From Candidatus Zipacnadia bacterium (lineage in GTDB: Bacteria; Armatimonadota; Zipacnadia; Zipacnadales; UBA5352), in NCBI GenBank assembly GCA_029821735.1, contig JALGSU010000017.1, positions 107,406-171,405 on the forward strand: 64,000 nt of DNA, given 5' to 3'. Position 1 is the first letter of the stretch. Each line of letters begins with the position of its first letter. The notes under the pieces were generated by a model. That model had not been told where the DNA came from. It made no database searches and saw only the letters and a program-made list of their open reading frames with translations. Shown one piece after another: positions 35,020 through 44,890 of the stretch. A program made the position numbers and the translations under genes.

Positions 35020-35652
35020 TCAGGCGTGCACTTCGCCCTCTTCGGGCTCGGGCTCGAAGTCCAGCTCCGCTTCCATTGAGTCCCAGAAAACCAGTTCGGC
35101 GTCCCACGGCGGCACCGCTTCGGTCTTGCCGATGACACGAGCGGTGTAGCGCCTGGTGAAAGCCGCACCGATACCCAGCGTGCTGAGCAGATACAGCTGG
35201 CCGAGCTTGTGCTGCACATGAACGCGATACTCCAGCGGCGAGCCCCACGCATCGAGCATCATGTATTCGTAGAGCCGACCGCCCAGCCATGCGCCGATGC
35301 ACACGCCGACCACGTAAGGCGCGACCGCCGCTGCGCCGGTGCGCAGGGCGTCGCCGAACTCCAGGCGGCTGAGCATCGCCATTGCCGACGCGCCGAGCAG
35401 CGCTCCCGCCGCCAGCCCGAGCCGATAGAGGAACTCAGTATTGGCGGGCAACTCCCACCAGCCATGCTGGCCCGGGCCGAGCGCGAGGCGCACGGCTCCG
35501 ACGCCGACGGGGCCGCCGACGAGCGCGCCCCAGCCGGCACGGCGGAGCGTCCTCAGCCAGCGCTGGGGCATGTAGGGCGCGTATGATTGGATGTAAAGGC
35601 ATCCCGCCGCCGATGCGAGCAGCACCGCTGCGGTCAGCCAGTGCGTGAACAT
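35020..35652 (-). CDS. Hypothetical integral membrane protein
   Basis: Four or five hydrophobic helices. GGAGAA RBS upstream of the ATG at 35652. Confidence 0.45.
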   Translation of the reverse strand: MFTHWLTAAVLLASAAGCLYIQSYAPYMPQRWLRTLRRAGWGALVGGPVGVGAVRLALGPGQHGWWELPANTEFLYRLGLAAGALLGASAMAMLSRLEFGDALRTGAAAVAPYVVGVCIGAWLGGRLYEYMMLDAWGSPLEYRVHVQHKLGQLYLLSTLGIGAAFTRRYTARVIGKTEAVPPWDAELVFWDSMEAELDFEPEPEEGEVHA

Positions 35653-35734
35653 GCTGGTTTCTCCACTGAGCCCTGTAACTGGTAGTATACCACATTCCCC
35701 GCCGGGGAACACGTTCCTGCATCACTTGAGATAT

Positions 35735-36925
35735 CTATGTGACCACGCCGAACTCGGCAAGACGATCGCCTATCTGCCGGATGCGGTCGATCGAGGCCGC
35801 CGGCGGGGTGGTATCGGCGATACTGAAGATGATGCCCCGACCGTCTCCCGCAGCGCTGACGACATCGTCAAGGTGAGCCGCGAACTCATCGTCTGACATG
35901 CTGTCTTTGAGTACGCTGACCGAGCACACACCGCCCCAGATCGCCGGGCGGGTGCCGAACTGACGGCGGTACTCCGCCAGCGACAGCCGGGTCATAGGTG
36001 ACGGACAGACGGAGTCGGCGACGTCCACGCCGCACCGGACATACGCTTCGCACAGTCCATCGTTTTCACCGTCGGTATGTGTGGCCAGCAACTTGCCCGC
36101 CGCGTGCAGACGGTCAGCGGCGGAGCTGAGCGTGGGCGCAATATGTTCGGCGAAGATGCCCGGTGTGGTGAGCGAGACATCGTAGTTTGCGCCGAAGAGG
36201 ACGACCTCGGCCTCGCTCGCGGCGCAGGCATCGATCACGCCATCGAAGTAGCCCGTCATGCGTTCGGCGGTATCGAGAACCAGTTGCGGCTGGTCGTGCA
36301 GGTCATAGAAGAATTGGTCGAAGGGAACGAGTTCCTTGAGCAGATGGTGCACCGGCGAGGCGGCGACGTTTGCGTAGCCGACCACGATCCCGGCATCGGC
36401 GACCTCGTCGCGAAGCTCGCCGTAGCGACCACCGTCGGCGATGATTTCGAGGTCCTCGAAGATGTACGCGACAGTTGCGTAGTCCTCCGGTCGCTTGATG
36501 ACGCGGTCGGCGACGTGCATGAGAGTGACGCCATCGCGCCGCATATGTTCGGTGTACAGCAGCCGGGCGGAGACCTCGCCCACGGGCGTCTTGTAGGTCA
36601 CGTGGATCTCGTCGCCGTCGCGCTCGACGACCCGCTCGGTGCGGCGGAAGCGCAGGCGGTAGGGCTGGTTTCGGCAGTGGTCAATCCCGAGGCAGCGGTC
36701 GGCGTCCTCGTCGGGGTGCTCGGTGTTCAGGAAGTCGGGGATGACTTCGTGGCGCCCGACGCCGAGGTCCGCGATGATCTGGGCCAGGGAGGCGTCGGCC
36801 CATTCGCGCGGCAGCGTGCCGCAGTAGCGGTTCGCATTGTACCACAGGTCCAGACGTGGCACCCAGGGCAGTTGGTCCACCGGTTCGGCGCGCAGGGCTG
36901 CAAGTATGCGCTCGCGCGGGGTCAT
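35735..36925 (-). CDS. Uroporphyrinogen-decarboxylase (URO-D) family protein, possibly a methyltransferase-type enzyme
   Basis: Length and composition are typical of URO-D/MtaA-like proteins. Start at 36925 with a GGGAGAGAGG RBS; the upstream extension is rejected. Confidence 0.5.
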   Translation of the reverse strand: MTPRERILAALRAEPVDQLPWVPRLDLWYNANRYCGTLPREWADASLAQIIADLGVGRHEVIPDFLNTEHPDEDADRCLGIDHCRNQPYRLRFRRTERVVERDGDEIHVTYKTPVGEVSARLLYTEHMRRDGVTLMHVADRVIKRPEDYATVAYIFEDLEIIADGGRYGELRDEVADAGIVVGYANVAASPVHHLLKELVPFDQFFYDLHDQPQLVLDTAERMTGYFDGVIDACAASEAEVVLFGANYDVSLTTPGIFAEHIAPTLSSAADRLHAAGKLLATHTDGENDGLCEAYVRCGVDVADSVCPSPMTRLSLAEYRRQFGTRPAIWGGVCSVSVLKDSMSDDEFAAHLDDVVSAAGDGRGIIFSIADTTPPAASIDRIRQIGDRLAEFGVVT

Positions 36926-37069
36926 TGGCCTCTCTCCCGGCTTGTGGTAAACTAAGTGACCGTGATTTCGTCTCGGGCCGAGGGGGCACCTGCGGAGAAG
37001 GTTGGCGCCCGCGCAGAGACGAATTGGCGGTTTCCCATTAAATGATACAAGATGCGAAGGTCGAAGAGA

Positions 37070-38358
37070 TGGCATACACCGACGAAGGCAGATTGCTGAC
37101 TCGCGGGCAGATCGACGCGCTGCAGGTTCAGGCACTGCCGGATCTGCTGACTCGCGCCGACCGCGCCCCCGCCTATCGAGGCAAGCTCGGGGGTCTGGAG
37201 ATCAATACTCCGGCGGACATCCGGAAGCTGCCGCTGACCACGAAAGAGGAGCTGCGGGCGGGCATGCCCGAGGGCTTTCTGGCCGTGCCGAAGGCCGACG
37301 TGGTGCGCATGCACTACTCGTCCGGCACGACCGGGCTGGCGACGTCGGTGTATCACACCGCAGATGATGTCCTGCGCTGGTCGGAGTGTGTGGCAAGAGG
37401 GATGCTGGCAGCGGGTCTGAACCGTGATGACATCTTCCAGAACATGATGGGCTACGGGCTGTTCACCGGGGGCCTCGGGTTCCACTACGCCGGGGAACTG
37501 CTGGGCATGATGACCATTCCCGCCAGCTCGGGCAATACCGAGCGGCAGATACATTTGATGCAGTCCTTCGGCTCGACGGTGCTGCACATCATCCCCAGCT
37601 ACGCTCTGCGGGTGCTGCACATATGCGTGGGCGACGGGATCGATCCGCGCGAGGACTTCTCGGTGCGGGCGATCTTCGTTGGCGGTGAGCCGCATACCGA
37701 GAAGATTCGCCGGCGGATCGAGGACGGCTTCGGCGCGCGCGTCTACAACTGCTACGGGCTCTCGGAGATGTGCGGTCCGGGCGTCGCGATGGAGTGCGGC
37801 CAGCAGGACGGGCTGCATGTGTGCGAGGACCACTACCTGGCCGAGATCATCGACCCGGTGACGCTCGAGCCGGTCGAGCCCGGTGAGCAGGGGGAACTGG
37901 TGCTCACCAGTCTGCGCCGCGAGGCGATGCCACTGATCCGCTATCGCACGCGCGACATCACCCACCAGATCGTCGGCGACTGCCCGTGCGGCAGCGCCCA
38001 TATGCGGGTGGCGCGCATGGAGGGCCGCACCGACGACATGCTGGTGGTGCGCGGGGTGAACGTCTACCCGATGCAGGTCGAGCGGGCCTTGATGGAGATC
38101 GACGAAGTGGGCAACAACTACGTCATTGAGCTGGACCGCCCTGAGGACCTGGATGTGATGACAGTCGGCGTCGAGGTGACTCAGGAGGCGTTCCGCGACG
38201 AGATGCGCCAGTTGAGCGCCCTGCAGGATCGCATCGCCGCGCGGCTGCGCCAGGAGCTGGATATCAGCGTGAAGGTGCAGCTCCATGAGCCCGGCGGACT
38301 GCCGGTGAGCGAAGGTAAGGCCGTGCGCGTCATAGATACGCGGGACCAGGAGAGCTAG
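37070..38358 (+). CDS. paaK: Phenylacetate-CoA ligase family (PaaK / coenzyme F390 synthetase-like) adenylating enzyme
   Basis: YSSGTTG adenylation motif, and GYGLFTGGLG. It is paralogous to 43051..44352. Confidence 0.75.
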
Positions 38359-38366
38359 AGCTGACT

Positions 38367-40148
38367 ATGGCTGATACTGCAGGCGACCGTTCGGAACTAT
38401 TGCTGCTATCGGGCAACCAGGCGATCGCGCGTGGCGCGTGGGAGGCCGGCGCGCGCTTCGGCAGCGGCTACCCGGGCACGCCCTCGTCGGAGATTCTGCC
38501 GGCGCTGGGTGAACTGGGCGGGTGCTACGTGGAGTGGTCGGTGAACGAGAAGGTGGCGCTTGAGGCCGGGATCGGAGCATCGATCGCCGGCGCGCGCGTG
38601 CTCGTCACCATGAAGCACGTCGGCCTGAATGTGGCCGCTGACCCGCTCTTCACGCTGGTCTACACCGGTGTTGAGGGCGGCATGGTGATCGTCACCGCCG
38701 ACGACCCGTCCATGCGCAGCTCGCAGAACGAGCAGGATAACCGCCAGTATGCGCGCGCGGCCAAGGCGCCGATGCTCGAACCGGCCGACAGTGCGGAGGC
38801 GCGTGAGATGACGCGCCTGGGCTTTGAACTGAGCGAGCGCTTCGACACGCCAGTGTTGCTGCGGCCGGTTACGCGGGTCTGCCACTCCGACACGCTGGTG
38901 CAGGTGGGCGAGCGCGAAGAGGTCGAGCTGCGCGGCGACCTGGAGCCCAATCCGCGCAAGTATGTCATGATCCCGGCGTGGGCACAGATACGCCGCAGCG
39001 ATATGGCTGAGCGGATGCGCGCGATGGTGGCCTTCGCTGAGGAGAGTGACCTGAACTTTGAGATAGAGGGCGACCGGTCGGTGGGCATCATCGCATCGGG
39101 CACGCCCTTCCAGTATGCGCGCGAGGTCATGCCCGACGCGTCCTTCCTCAAGCTCGGCATGGTCTGGCCGCTGCCACCTGAGAAGATCCGGGCCTTCGCC
39201 GAAAGTGTTGACACGCTTTATGTCATCGAGGAGCTCGACCCGTTCCTGACCCGCGAGATCATGGCGATGGGCGTGCAGGTCGAGCCAGTCGACGAGAGCT
39301 TCCGCGAGGGCGAACTGACGCCGGCGCGCGTGCGCGAGATTCTCACCGGCAAGCCGGCGCCCACGATTGCGGTCGACGAGGATCTGCCGCCGCGGCCGCC
39401 GGTGCTTTGCGCGGGCTGCCCGCATCGGGCGGTGTACTCGCTGCTGAGCAAACTGAAGGTCTACGTGAACGGTGACATCGGCTGCTACACGCTGGGCGCG
39501 CTGCCGCCACTGAACGCGCTGCACACGTGCGTGTGCATGGGTGCCGGGGTCAGCCAGGCGCATGGGATCCAGAAGGTGCGCGGGCATGAGGCCAAAGTGG
39601 TGGCGGTGATCGGGGACTCGACCTTCGTGCACTCGGGGATTACCGGGCTGGTGAATATCGCCTACAACTCGGGCGTGAGCACCGTGGTGATTCTCGATAA
39701 CGGGACCACCGCGATGACCGGCGGGCAGGTGCATCCGGGAGTGGGGGAGACGCTTTCGGGGATGCCGGGTGGGCAGCTCGACTTCGAGGCCCTGTGTCGA
39801 GCGATCGGCATCGAGGACGTCGTGACCGTGGACCCGTACGACATGGCCGCGACCGAGGCGGCGCTCAAGGCCGCGATTGCCACGCCGACTCCCTCGGTGG
39901 TCATCGCCCGGCGCGAGTGTGTGCTCATGGTCCGCGACCGGCAGCCTGCGCCGAGCTTCGATCTGGACACGTGCATCCGCTGCGGGCGCTGCATCCAGCT
40001 TGGCTGCCCGGCACTGTCGGCGCTCGATGACGGTGAGAAGCGACCACGGCCGCTGATCGACGAGGACATGTGCACGGGCTGCAACCAGTGTGTTCAGGTG
40101 TGCCCGGTGGGCGCCCTCAAGGCCGCCTCCGATGGAGATGAAGCATAG
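38367..40148 (+). CDS. iorA: Indolepyruvate:ferredoxin oxidoreductase alpha subunit
   Basis: About 590 aa, with a TPP-binding region and two C-terminal 4Fe-4S ferredoxin motifs (CIRCGRCIQLGCP, CTGCNQCVQVCP). Confidence 0.85.
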   Translation: MADTAGDRSELLLLSGNQAIARGAWEAGARFGSGYPGTPSSEILPALGELGGCYVEWSVNEKVALEAGIGASIAGARVLVTMKHVGLNVAADPLFTLVYTGVEGGMVIVTADDPSMRSSQNEQDNRQYARAAKAPMLEPADSAEAREMTRLGFELSERFDTPVLLRPVTRVCHSDTLVQVGEREEVELRGDLEPNPRKYVMIPAWAQIRRSDMAERMRAMVAFAEESDLNFEIEGDRSVGIIASGTPFQYAREVMPDASFLKLGMVWPLPPEKIRAFAESVDTLYVIEELDPFLTREIMAMGVQVEPVDESFREGELTPARVREILTGKPAPTIAVDEDLPPRPPVLCAGCPHRAVYSLLSKLKVYVNGDIGCYTLGALPPLNALHTCVCMGAGVSQAHGIQKVRGHEAKVVAVIGDSTFVHSGITGLVNIAYNSGVSTVVILDNGTTAMTGGQVHPGVGETLSGMPGGQLDFEALCRAIGIEDVVTVDPYDMAATEAALKAAIATPTPSVVIARRECVLMVRDRQPAPSFDLDTCIRCGRCIQLGCPALSALDDGEKRPRPLIDEDMCTGCNQCVQVCPVGALKAASDGDEA

Positions 40149-40742
40149 ATGACCACGAACGTGCTGCTCACCGGCGTCGGCGGACAGGGAATCATCACTG
40201 CCAGCAGCGTGCTGTGTCAGGCGTGTCGGCTGGCCGGGTGGCAGGTGAAGAAGAGCGAAGTCCACGGGATGAGCCAGCGCGGCGGCTCGGTGGACAGCTT
40301 CGTGCGCTTCAGCCCCGACGAGCCAGTCTTCTCGCCGCTGATCCCCGACGGCGAAGTCGATGTGTTGCTGGCCTTCGAACCACTCGAGGCCGTCCGCCAG
40401 GTCCTGCAGACCAGGCCGGGCGCGGTGGTGCTGGTTGAGGAGCGCGTGCTGCCGCCTGTAACAGTCAGCACGGGCCCGTACCAATATCCGGAAGACGCCA
40501 TTGAGCGGCTCATGGCGACCGGGCGCACGGTGAAGGTCATTCCTGCCTTCGAGCACGCTGCCGGGCTGGGCGAGCCGCGGGCGGCCAACACGGTGATGCT
40601 GGGTGCGCTGTCGGCGATGCTCGATCTGCCCGCCGAAGTCTGGAAGCAGGCACTTCGTGCCGGCCTCAAGCCGAAGGCCGTCGAGGTAAACCTGAAGGCG
40701 TTCGAGGACGGTCGTTCGTTCAGCGGGACAGGAAGCGACTGA
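40149..40742 (+). CDS. iorB: Indolepyruvate:ferredoxin oxidoreductase beta subunit
   Basis: TGVGGQGIITAS pyruvate/ketoisovalerate oxidoreductase gamma-like motif. It is translationally coupled to iorA (TAGATG). Confidence 0.8.
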   Translation: MTTNVLLTGVGGQGIITASSVLCQACRLAGWQVKKSEVHGMSQRGGSVDSFVRFSPDEPVFSPLIPDGEVDVLLAFEPLEAVRQVLQTRPGAVVLVEERVLPPVTVSTGPYQYPEDAIERLMATGRTVKVIPAFEHAAGLGEPRAANTVMLGALSAMLDLPAEVWKQALRAGLKPKAVEVNLKAFEDGRSFSGTGSD

Positions 40743-40770
40743 TAGCCGGACATCTACAGGGGGCCCCCCG

Positions 40771-42945
40771 ATGATAGTATCCTCGCCGATTCGTGTCACC
40801 CTCCCAGTATTGCTGGTTCTGCTGACGCTGGGCGTGTGTTCGCAGGTGGGCGCGCAGACGATCCCTGTACCCACCGCCGACCTGCTCCCGACGCCTGACG
40901 AGGTCAAGAACGACAGCTTGTTTGGTCACCCATGCTTCCCTCTCAGCAGGGACGACGGGAACTGGCCAGCCCAGTCCATGCACCTGCTGCCGCCGACGAC
41001 GACGGTCAAATACGCGTCCGCGACTGGTGACAGGACCGCCGTGCGTAGAGTATCGTCGGACCCGCTGGCCTGGCGGGTGCCGTACCCCACAGGCGCCAAC
41101 TACGCTTGTAGCCAGCGCGTGCGAGAACTCGCGATTGTCGAGCTGGCGGCCCCGCCCAACAACAACCAACAGCTCTTCGCTCAGGTCCTGACCATGGTCA
41201 TCACCCGGTTCGCCGATCCCGCTCACGCGACCGCTGCACTCAGGGAGAGGCGTGATCGCGACGGGCGCGCGGGCCAGTTGGGCGACACTATCAACTTGCT
41301 CGGCGTCGAGGGCTACCAGCGCAAGGACGGCGCCGACCGCTTCGCCGACGCCAGAGACGTGTACCTGGTGGCGCAGCAGGGCAGCTTCCACATCATACTC
41401 GCCATCGACTGCCCATCGCCCTACTACCGGCCTTGGCTCGTGCAACTCGTGCAGTCCTTGGCCATGAGGATTGCGGATAGGGTCAAGCCGTTCAGCGGCG
41501 GCATATCTACCCCAACGACGCCGCCGGTCACACCACCAGTGGTGACCCCACCGACAATACCGCCTCCGACTTCACCGGGCTACCGCGTCTTCATCGACGG
41601 ACAGCTCCTGCGCACGCAGACGCCGCCGATGGTCATCAGTGGGCGCATGCTCGTCGGGCTGGCGGACATCTTCCGCGCGTTGGGCGCGAAAGTCGTCTGG
41701 GACGGTCCGACGAAGAAGATCACCGCAACGCGAGCTTCACAGACCGTGGAGCTCTGGATAGGTCGCACGACCGCGTTCGTTGATGGAGCGGCGGTCGCGC
41801 TTGATGTCCCGGCGATGATACGCAACTCCAGGACCTACGTCCCCATACGTTTCGTCTCGCAGGCCCTCGGCGCGGGCGTTCAGTATGATGGGCCCAACCG
41901 TGCGGTCCTGATCACCACCACAAGCATGCCACCGATTGGCGGCACACCGACCAACCCGCCTCCGCAGGTCACAGCACTGACCATCACATCTCCTGCCGAC
42001 GGCTCCGCGGTGCCTGCGCAGTTCACCATCCAGGGAACCGGCCCCCCCGCTAAGGCCGTGCAGATCGCCGCCACCGCCGACGCCACGATCAAGGCCACCG
42101 GCAAGAACGCGACATCGCCGATGGGCAACTACGTCGCTACGGTCGCCAACAACGGCAGGTGGAGCTTGGGCATCAACGCCAGCAACATCTTCAGCGATCA
42201 GAGCATAACGCTCACGCAGATGAACATCACGGCGATGATACTCGTGAATGGCATGCCCGTCGAGCAGGTGGCCATCGCCCTGCGACCGGGCGGGCAGCCG
42301 GGAACAGGCACGCCGCCGGCGGTCGGCCCACTCACCGTCATCTCTCCTGTCGACGGCGCGACCGTGCCGGCGCAGTTCTCCATCGGCGGAGCTGGCACCC
42401 CGGGTCGGACAGTGTACGTTACCGCCATGGCCGAGGCGACGCTCAAGGCCACCGGCCAGAACGCGACATCACCGCTTCTCCAGGACGCCACAGACACGGT
42501 CCGCACCGATCACACGTGGTGGGTCAACGTCAACGCCAGCGCCGTCTACAACGATCAGACCGTCCAACTCAAGCAGATCAACATCACGGTGGAGACGCGG
42601 GCGAATGGCGCGGTCCTCGAGAAGGTGACGCTGGTCGTGCGACCGCCAGGCCTCCCGACCGCAGGCAATCGTCCGCCGACCGCGCCCACGGTGACCATCG
42701 GCCCGGCCAGACCCGCCGCGGGCGATGACCTGTACTGCAAAGCCGAGGGCAGTATCGACCCCGACGGGGACGTGGTCGAATATCGCGTCCAGTGGTACAA
42801 TAATGGGCAACTTGCCGACGGGCGGATCTTCGCGGGACTGGCGGCGAAGTGGACGAAGAGCGGCCAGACGTGGATGTGCGTGGTCACCCCGACCGACGGG
42901 AAGCTGGACGGGCCGAGTGTGCAGGCGTCGGTGACGATCAGATAG
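40771..42945 (+). CDS. Secreted protein with a copper-amine-oxidase N-terminal-like domain and two tandem ~115-aa internal repeats
   Basis: Signal peptide. The block RMLVGLADIFRALGAKVVWDG...RTYVPIRFVSQALGAGVQYDG resembles a Cu_amine_oxidN1 domain. There is a duplicated TxTSPxDGxxVPAQF...ATGxNATSP module. Confidence 0.5.
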   Translation: MIVSSPIRVTLPVLLVLLTLGVCSQVGAQTIPVPTADLLPTPDEVKNDSLFGHPCFPLSRDDGNWPAQSMHLLPPTTTVKYASATGDRTAVRRVSSDPLAWRVPYPTGANYACSQRVRELAIVELAAPPNNNQQLFAQVLTMVITRFADPAHATAALRERRDRDGRAGQLGDTINLLGVEGYQRKDGADRFADARDVYLVAQQGSFHIILAIDCPSPYYRPWLVQLVQSLAMRIADRVKPFSGGISTPTTPPVTPPVVTPPTIPPPTSPGYRVFIDGQLLRTQTPPMVISGRMLVGLADIFRALGAKVVWDGPTKKITATRASQTVELWIGRTTAFVDGAAVALDVPAMIRNSRTYVPIRFVSQALGAGVQYDGPNRAVLITTTSMPPIGGTPTNPPPQVTALTITSPADGSAVPAQFTIQGTGPPAKAVQIAATADATIKATGKNATSPMGNYVATVANNGRWSLGINASNIFSDQSITLTQMNITAMILVNGMPVEQVAIALRPGGQPGTGTPPAVGPLTVISPVDGATVPAQFSIGGAGTPGRTVYVTAMAEATLKATGQNATSPLLQDATDTVRTDHTWWVNVNASAVYNDQTVQLKQINITVETRANGAVLEKVTLVVRPPGLPTAGNRPPTAPTVTIGPARPAAGDDLYCKAEGSIDPDGDVVEYRVQWYNNGQLADGRIFAGLAAKWTKSGQTWMCVVTPTDGKLDGPSVQASVTIR

Positions 42946-43050
42946 TCGAGGGCGGCGGATAGTGGAAATCTACGACCGAGGCGCGCTTTCTTGCAGGTCG
43001 CTGGCGATGGTCAGCGAACTGACCCCCAGCATTAAGGAGGGGATCTTCCC

Positions 43051-44352
43051 ATGATCTTTCAGCCATACTATGAGTGCATGGACCCGGAGCAACGGGCTGA
43101 GCTGCAGGTGCGGCGGCTGCGCGAGACCGTGGCGCGGATGGAAGCGAACGTGCCGTGGTACGCCGAGAAGCTCAAGGAGAAGGGCATAACCGCAGCGGAC
43201 ATCGTCTCGCTTGACGACCTGCGGCATCTGCCCTTCACGATCAAACAGGATCTGCGCGACAACTACCCGTTCGGTCTCTTCGCGGTGCCGCCACATGAGT
43301 GCGTGCGCATCCACGCCTCGTCGGGCACTACGGGTAAGCCGGTCATCGGGGGCTACACCCGCGAGGACATCGCGATCTGGTCCGACACCATGGCGCGCAC
43401 CATATGCTGTGGTGGCGGCACCTCCGAGGACGTGCTGCAGAACGCCTACGGTTACGGGCTGTTCACCGGTGGCCTGGGGGCGCACTACGGTGGCGAGCGC
43501 CTCGGCTGCATGGTGGTGCCGATCTCCGGCGGCAATACCGAGCGCCAGCTCATGCTCATGCAGGACCTCGGTAGCACGATCCTGTGCGCCACACCGTCCT
43601 ACGCGCTGACGATGGTCGACGAAGCGGCTGACCTTGGTATCGACATCCGCGAGCTGCCGCTCAAGGCCGGGCTGTTCGGCGCCGAACCATGGAGCGAGGG
43701 TGCCCGGGAGGCCGTTGAGGAGCGAATGGGCATCTCGGCGCATGACATCTACGGTCTGACCGAGATCATCGGACCGGGCGTGTCCGCCGAGTGTGAGGTC
43801 AAGGGCGGGATGCACGTCTTCGACGACCACTTCATCCCCGAGATAATCGACCCGGAAACCGGGGAGCCGATGCCCGAGGGCGAGCGCGGCGAACTGGTCT
43901 TCACCTGCGTGACCAAGCGCGCCATGCCCCTGCTGCGTTTCCGCACGAGAGACATCACCGCCCTGCACCACGGGCAGTGCGCCTGCGGACGGACGCATCC
44001 GCGCATGGACCGGGTCACGGGTCGCACCGATGATATGCTGATCATCCGCGGCGTGAACGTCTTCCCTTCACAGATAGAGGATGTGCTGACGGGGATCGAG
44101 GGCGTCGAGCCGCACTACCAACTGGTGCTGACGCGGGAGGGGCGATTGGACAATCTCGAGATCCAGGTCGAAGTGTCACCGGGCATCTTCTCTGATGAGG
44201 TGCGGCACCTCGAGGAACTGACCGAGAAGATCGGCGATCGGGTGGCCAGCGCCCTGGCGATCCGCGTCGACGTCAAGCTTGTCGAACCCAAGAGCATTGA
44301 GCGAAGCGTTGGCAAGGCCAAGCGCGTTATCGACATGCGTGAGGAGGCATAA
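43051..44352 (+). CDS. paaK: Phenylacetate-CoA ligase family (PaaK-like) adenylating enzyme, second paralog
   Basis: HASSGTTGKP and GYGLFTGGLG motifs. GGAGGGGA RBS. Confidence 0.8.
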   Translation: MIFQPYYECMDPEQRAELQVRRLRETVARMEANVPWYAEKLKEKGITAADIVSLDDLRHLPFTIKQDLRDNYPFGLFAVPPHECVRIHASSGTTGKPVIGGYTREDIAIWSDTMARTICCGGGTSEDVLQNAYGYGLFTGGLGAHYGGERLGCMVVPISGGNTERQLMLMQDLGSTILCATPSYALTMVDEAADLGIDIRELPLKAGLFGAEPWSEGAREAVEERMGISAHDIYGLTEIIGPGVSAECEVKGGMHVFDDHFIPEIIDPETGEPMPEGERGELVFTCVTKRAMPLLRFRTRDITALHHGQCACGRTHPRMDRVTGRTDDMLIIRGVNVFPSQIEDVLTGIEGVEPHYQLVLTREGRLDNLEIQVEVSPGIFSDEVRHLEELTEKIGDRVASALAIRVDVKLVEPKSIERSVGKAKRVIDMREEA

Positions 44353-44355
44353 GCG

Positions 44356-44808
44356 ATGAGCAACACCGATCTGCTTGCCAAACAGGTGTCGATCTTCCTG
44401 GAGAACAAGTCCGGGCGACTGGCGGAGGTGTGCCGGGTTCTGGGCGAGCATGGGATCAACATCCGAGCTCTGTGCATCGCCGACACATCCGACTTCGGTA
44501 TCCTGCGGCTGATCGTCGACAGTCCGGACAAGGCGGTTGACGTGCTGCAGGCCGTAGGCTTTTCAGTGGGCAGCACCGGCGTGCTGGCGCTGCGCATCCC
44601 CGACCAGCCAGGCGGGTTGGGCGGCGTTCTCGGCAAGCTTGAGGAAGCTGGGGTCAACGTCGAGTACATGTATGCGTTCTTTATCACCGTTGAGGGCGAT
44701 GCGATAGTGCTCTTCAAGGTCGACGATTCGTCACTGGACGCCACCGTGAAGGTGATGGGCGAGGCCGGAGTGGGCATCGTGCCCGGCGACGAGGTACACG
44801 GGCTGTAG
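44356..44808 (+). CDS. ACT-domain regulatory protein (tandem ACT)
   Basis: It is typically found downstream of paaK in ior / aromatic acid-CoA clusters. Two ACT-like halves. Confidence 0.6.
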   Translation: MSNTDLLAKQVSIFLENKSGRLAEVCRVLGEHGINIRALCIADTSDFGILRLIVDSPDKAVDVLQAVGFSVGSTGVLALRIPDQPGGLGGVLGKLEEAGVNVEYMYAFFITVEGDAIVLFKVDDSSLDATVKVMGEAGVGIVPGDEVHGL

Positions 44809-44831
44809 GCGCAAGCACTCCAGAACAGAAG

Positions 44832-44858
44832 CCGGCCCGGCGATCGTCGCCGGGCCGG
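44832..44858. terminator. Bidirectional terminator-like hairpin CCGGCCCGGCGA-tcg-TCGCCGGGCCGG between convergent genes
   Basis: Perfect 12-bp palindrome, read from the sequence. Confidence 0.45.
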
Positions 44859-44890
44859 TATCGGTTCCACAGTGTTTAGGTCAGACCTCG

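Noticed and set aside
36926-37135. Upstream extension of the URO-D-like ORF, and the 37042 start of paaK
   Set aside because: The strong RBSs (GGGAGAGAGG and GAAGG) precede the internal ATGs at 36925 and 37070. The extensions have no conserved sequence and would make the divergent genes overlap.
38406-40907. An 833-aa minus-strand ORF antisense to iorA/iorB
   Set aside because: It is an Arg/His-rich, low-complexity shadow frame typical of high-GC DNA. The sense strand encodes unmistakable IorA/IorB.
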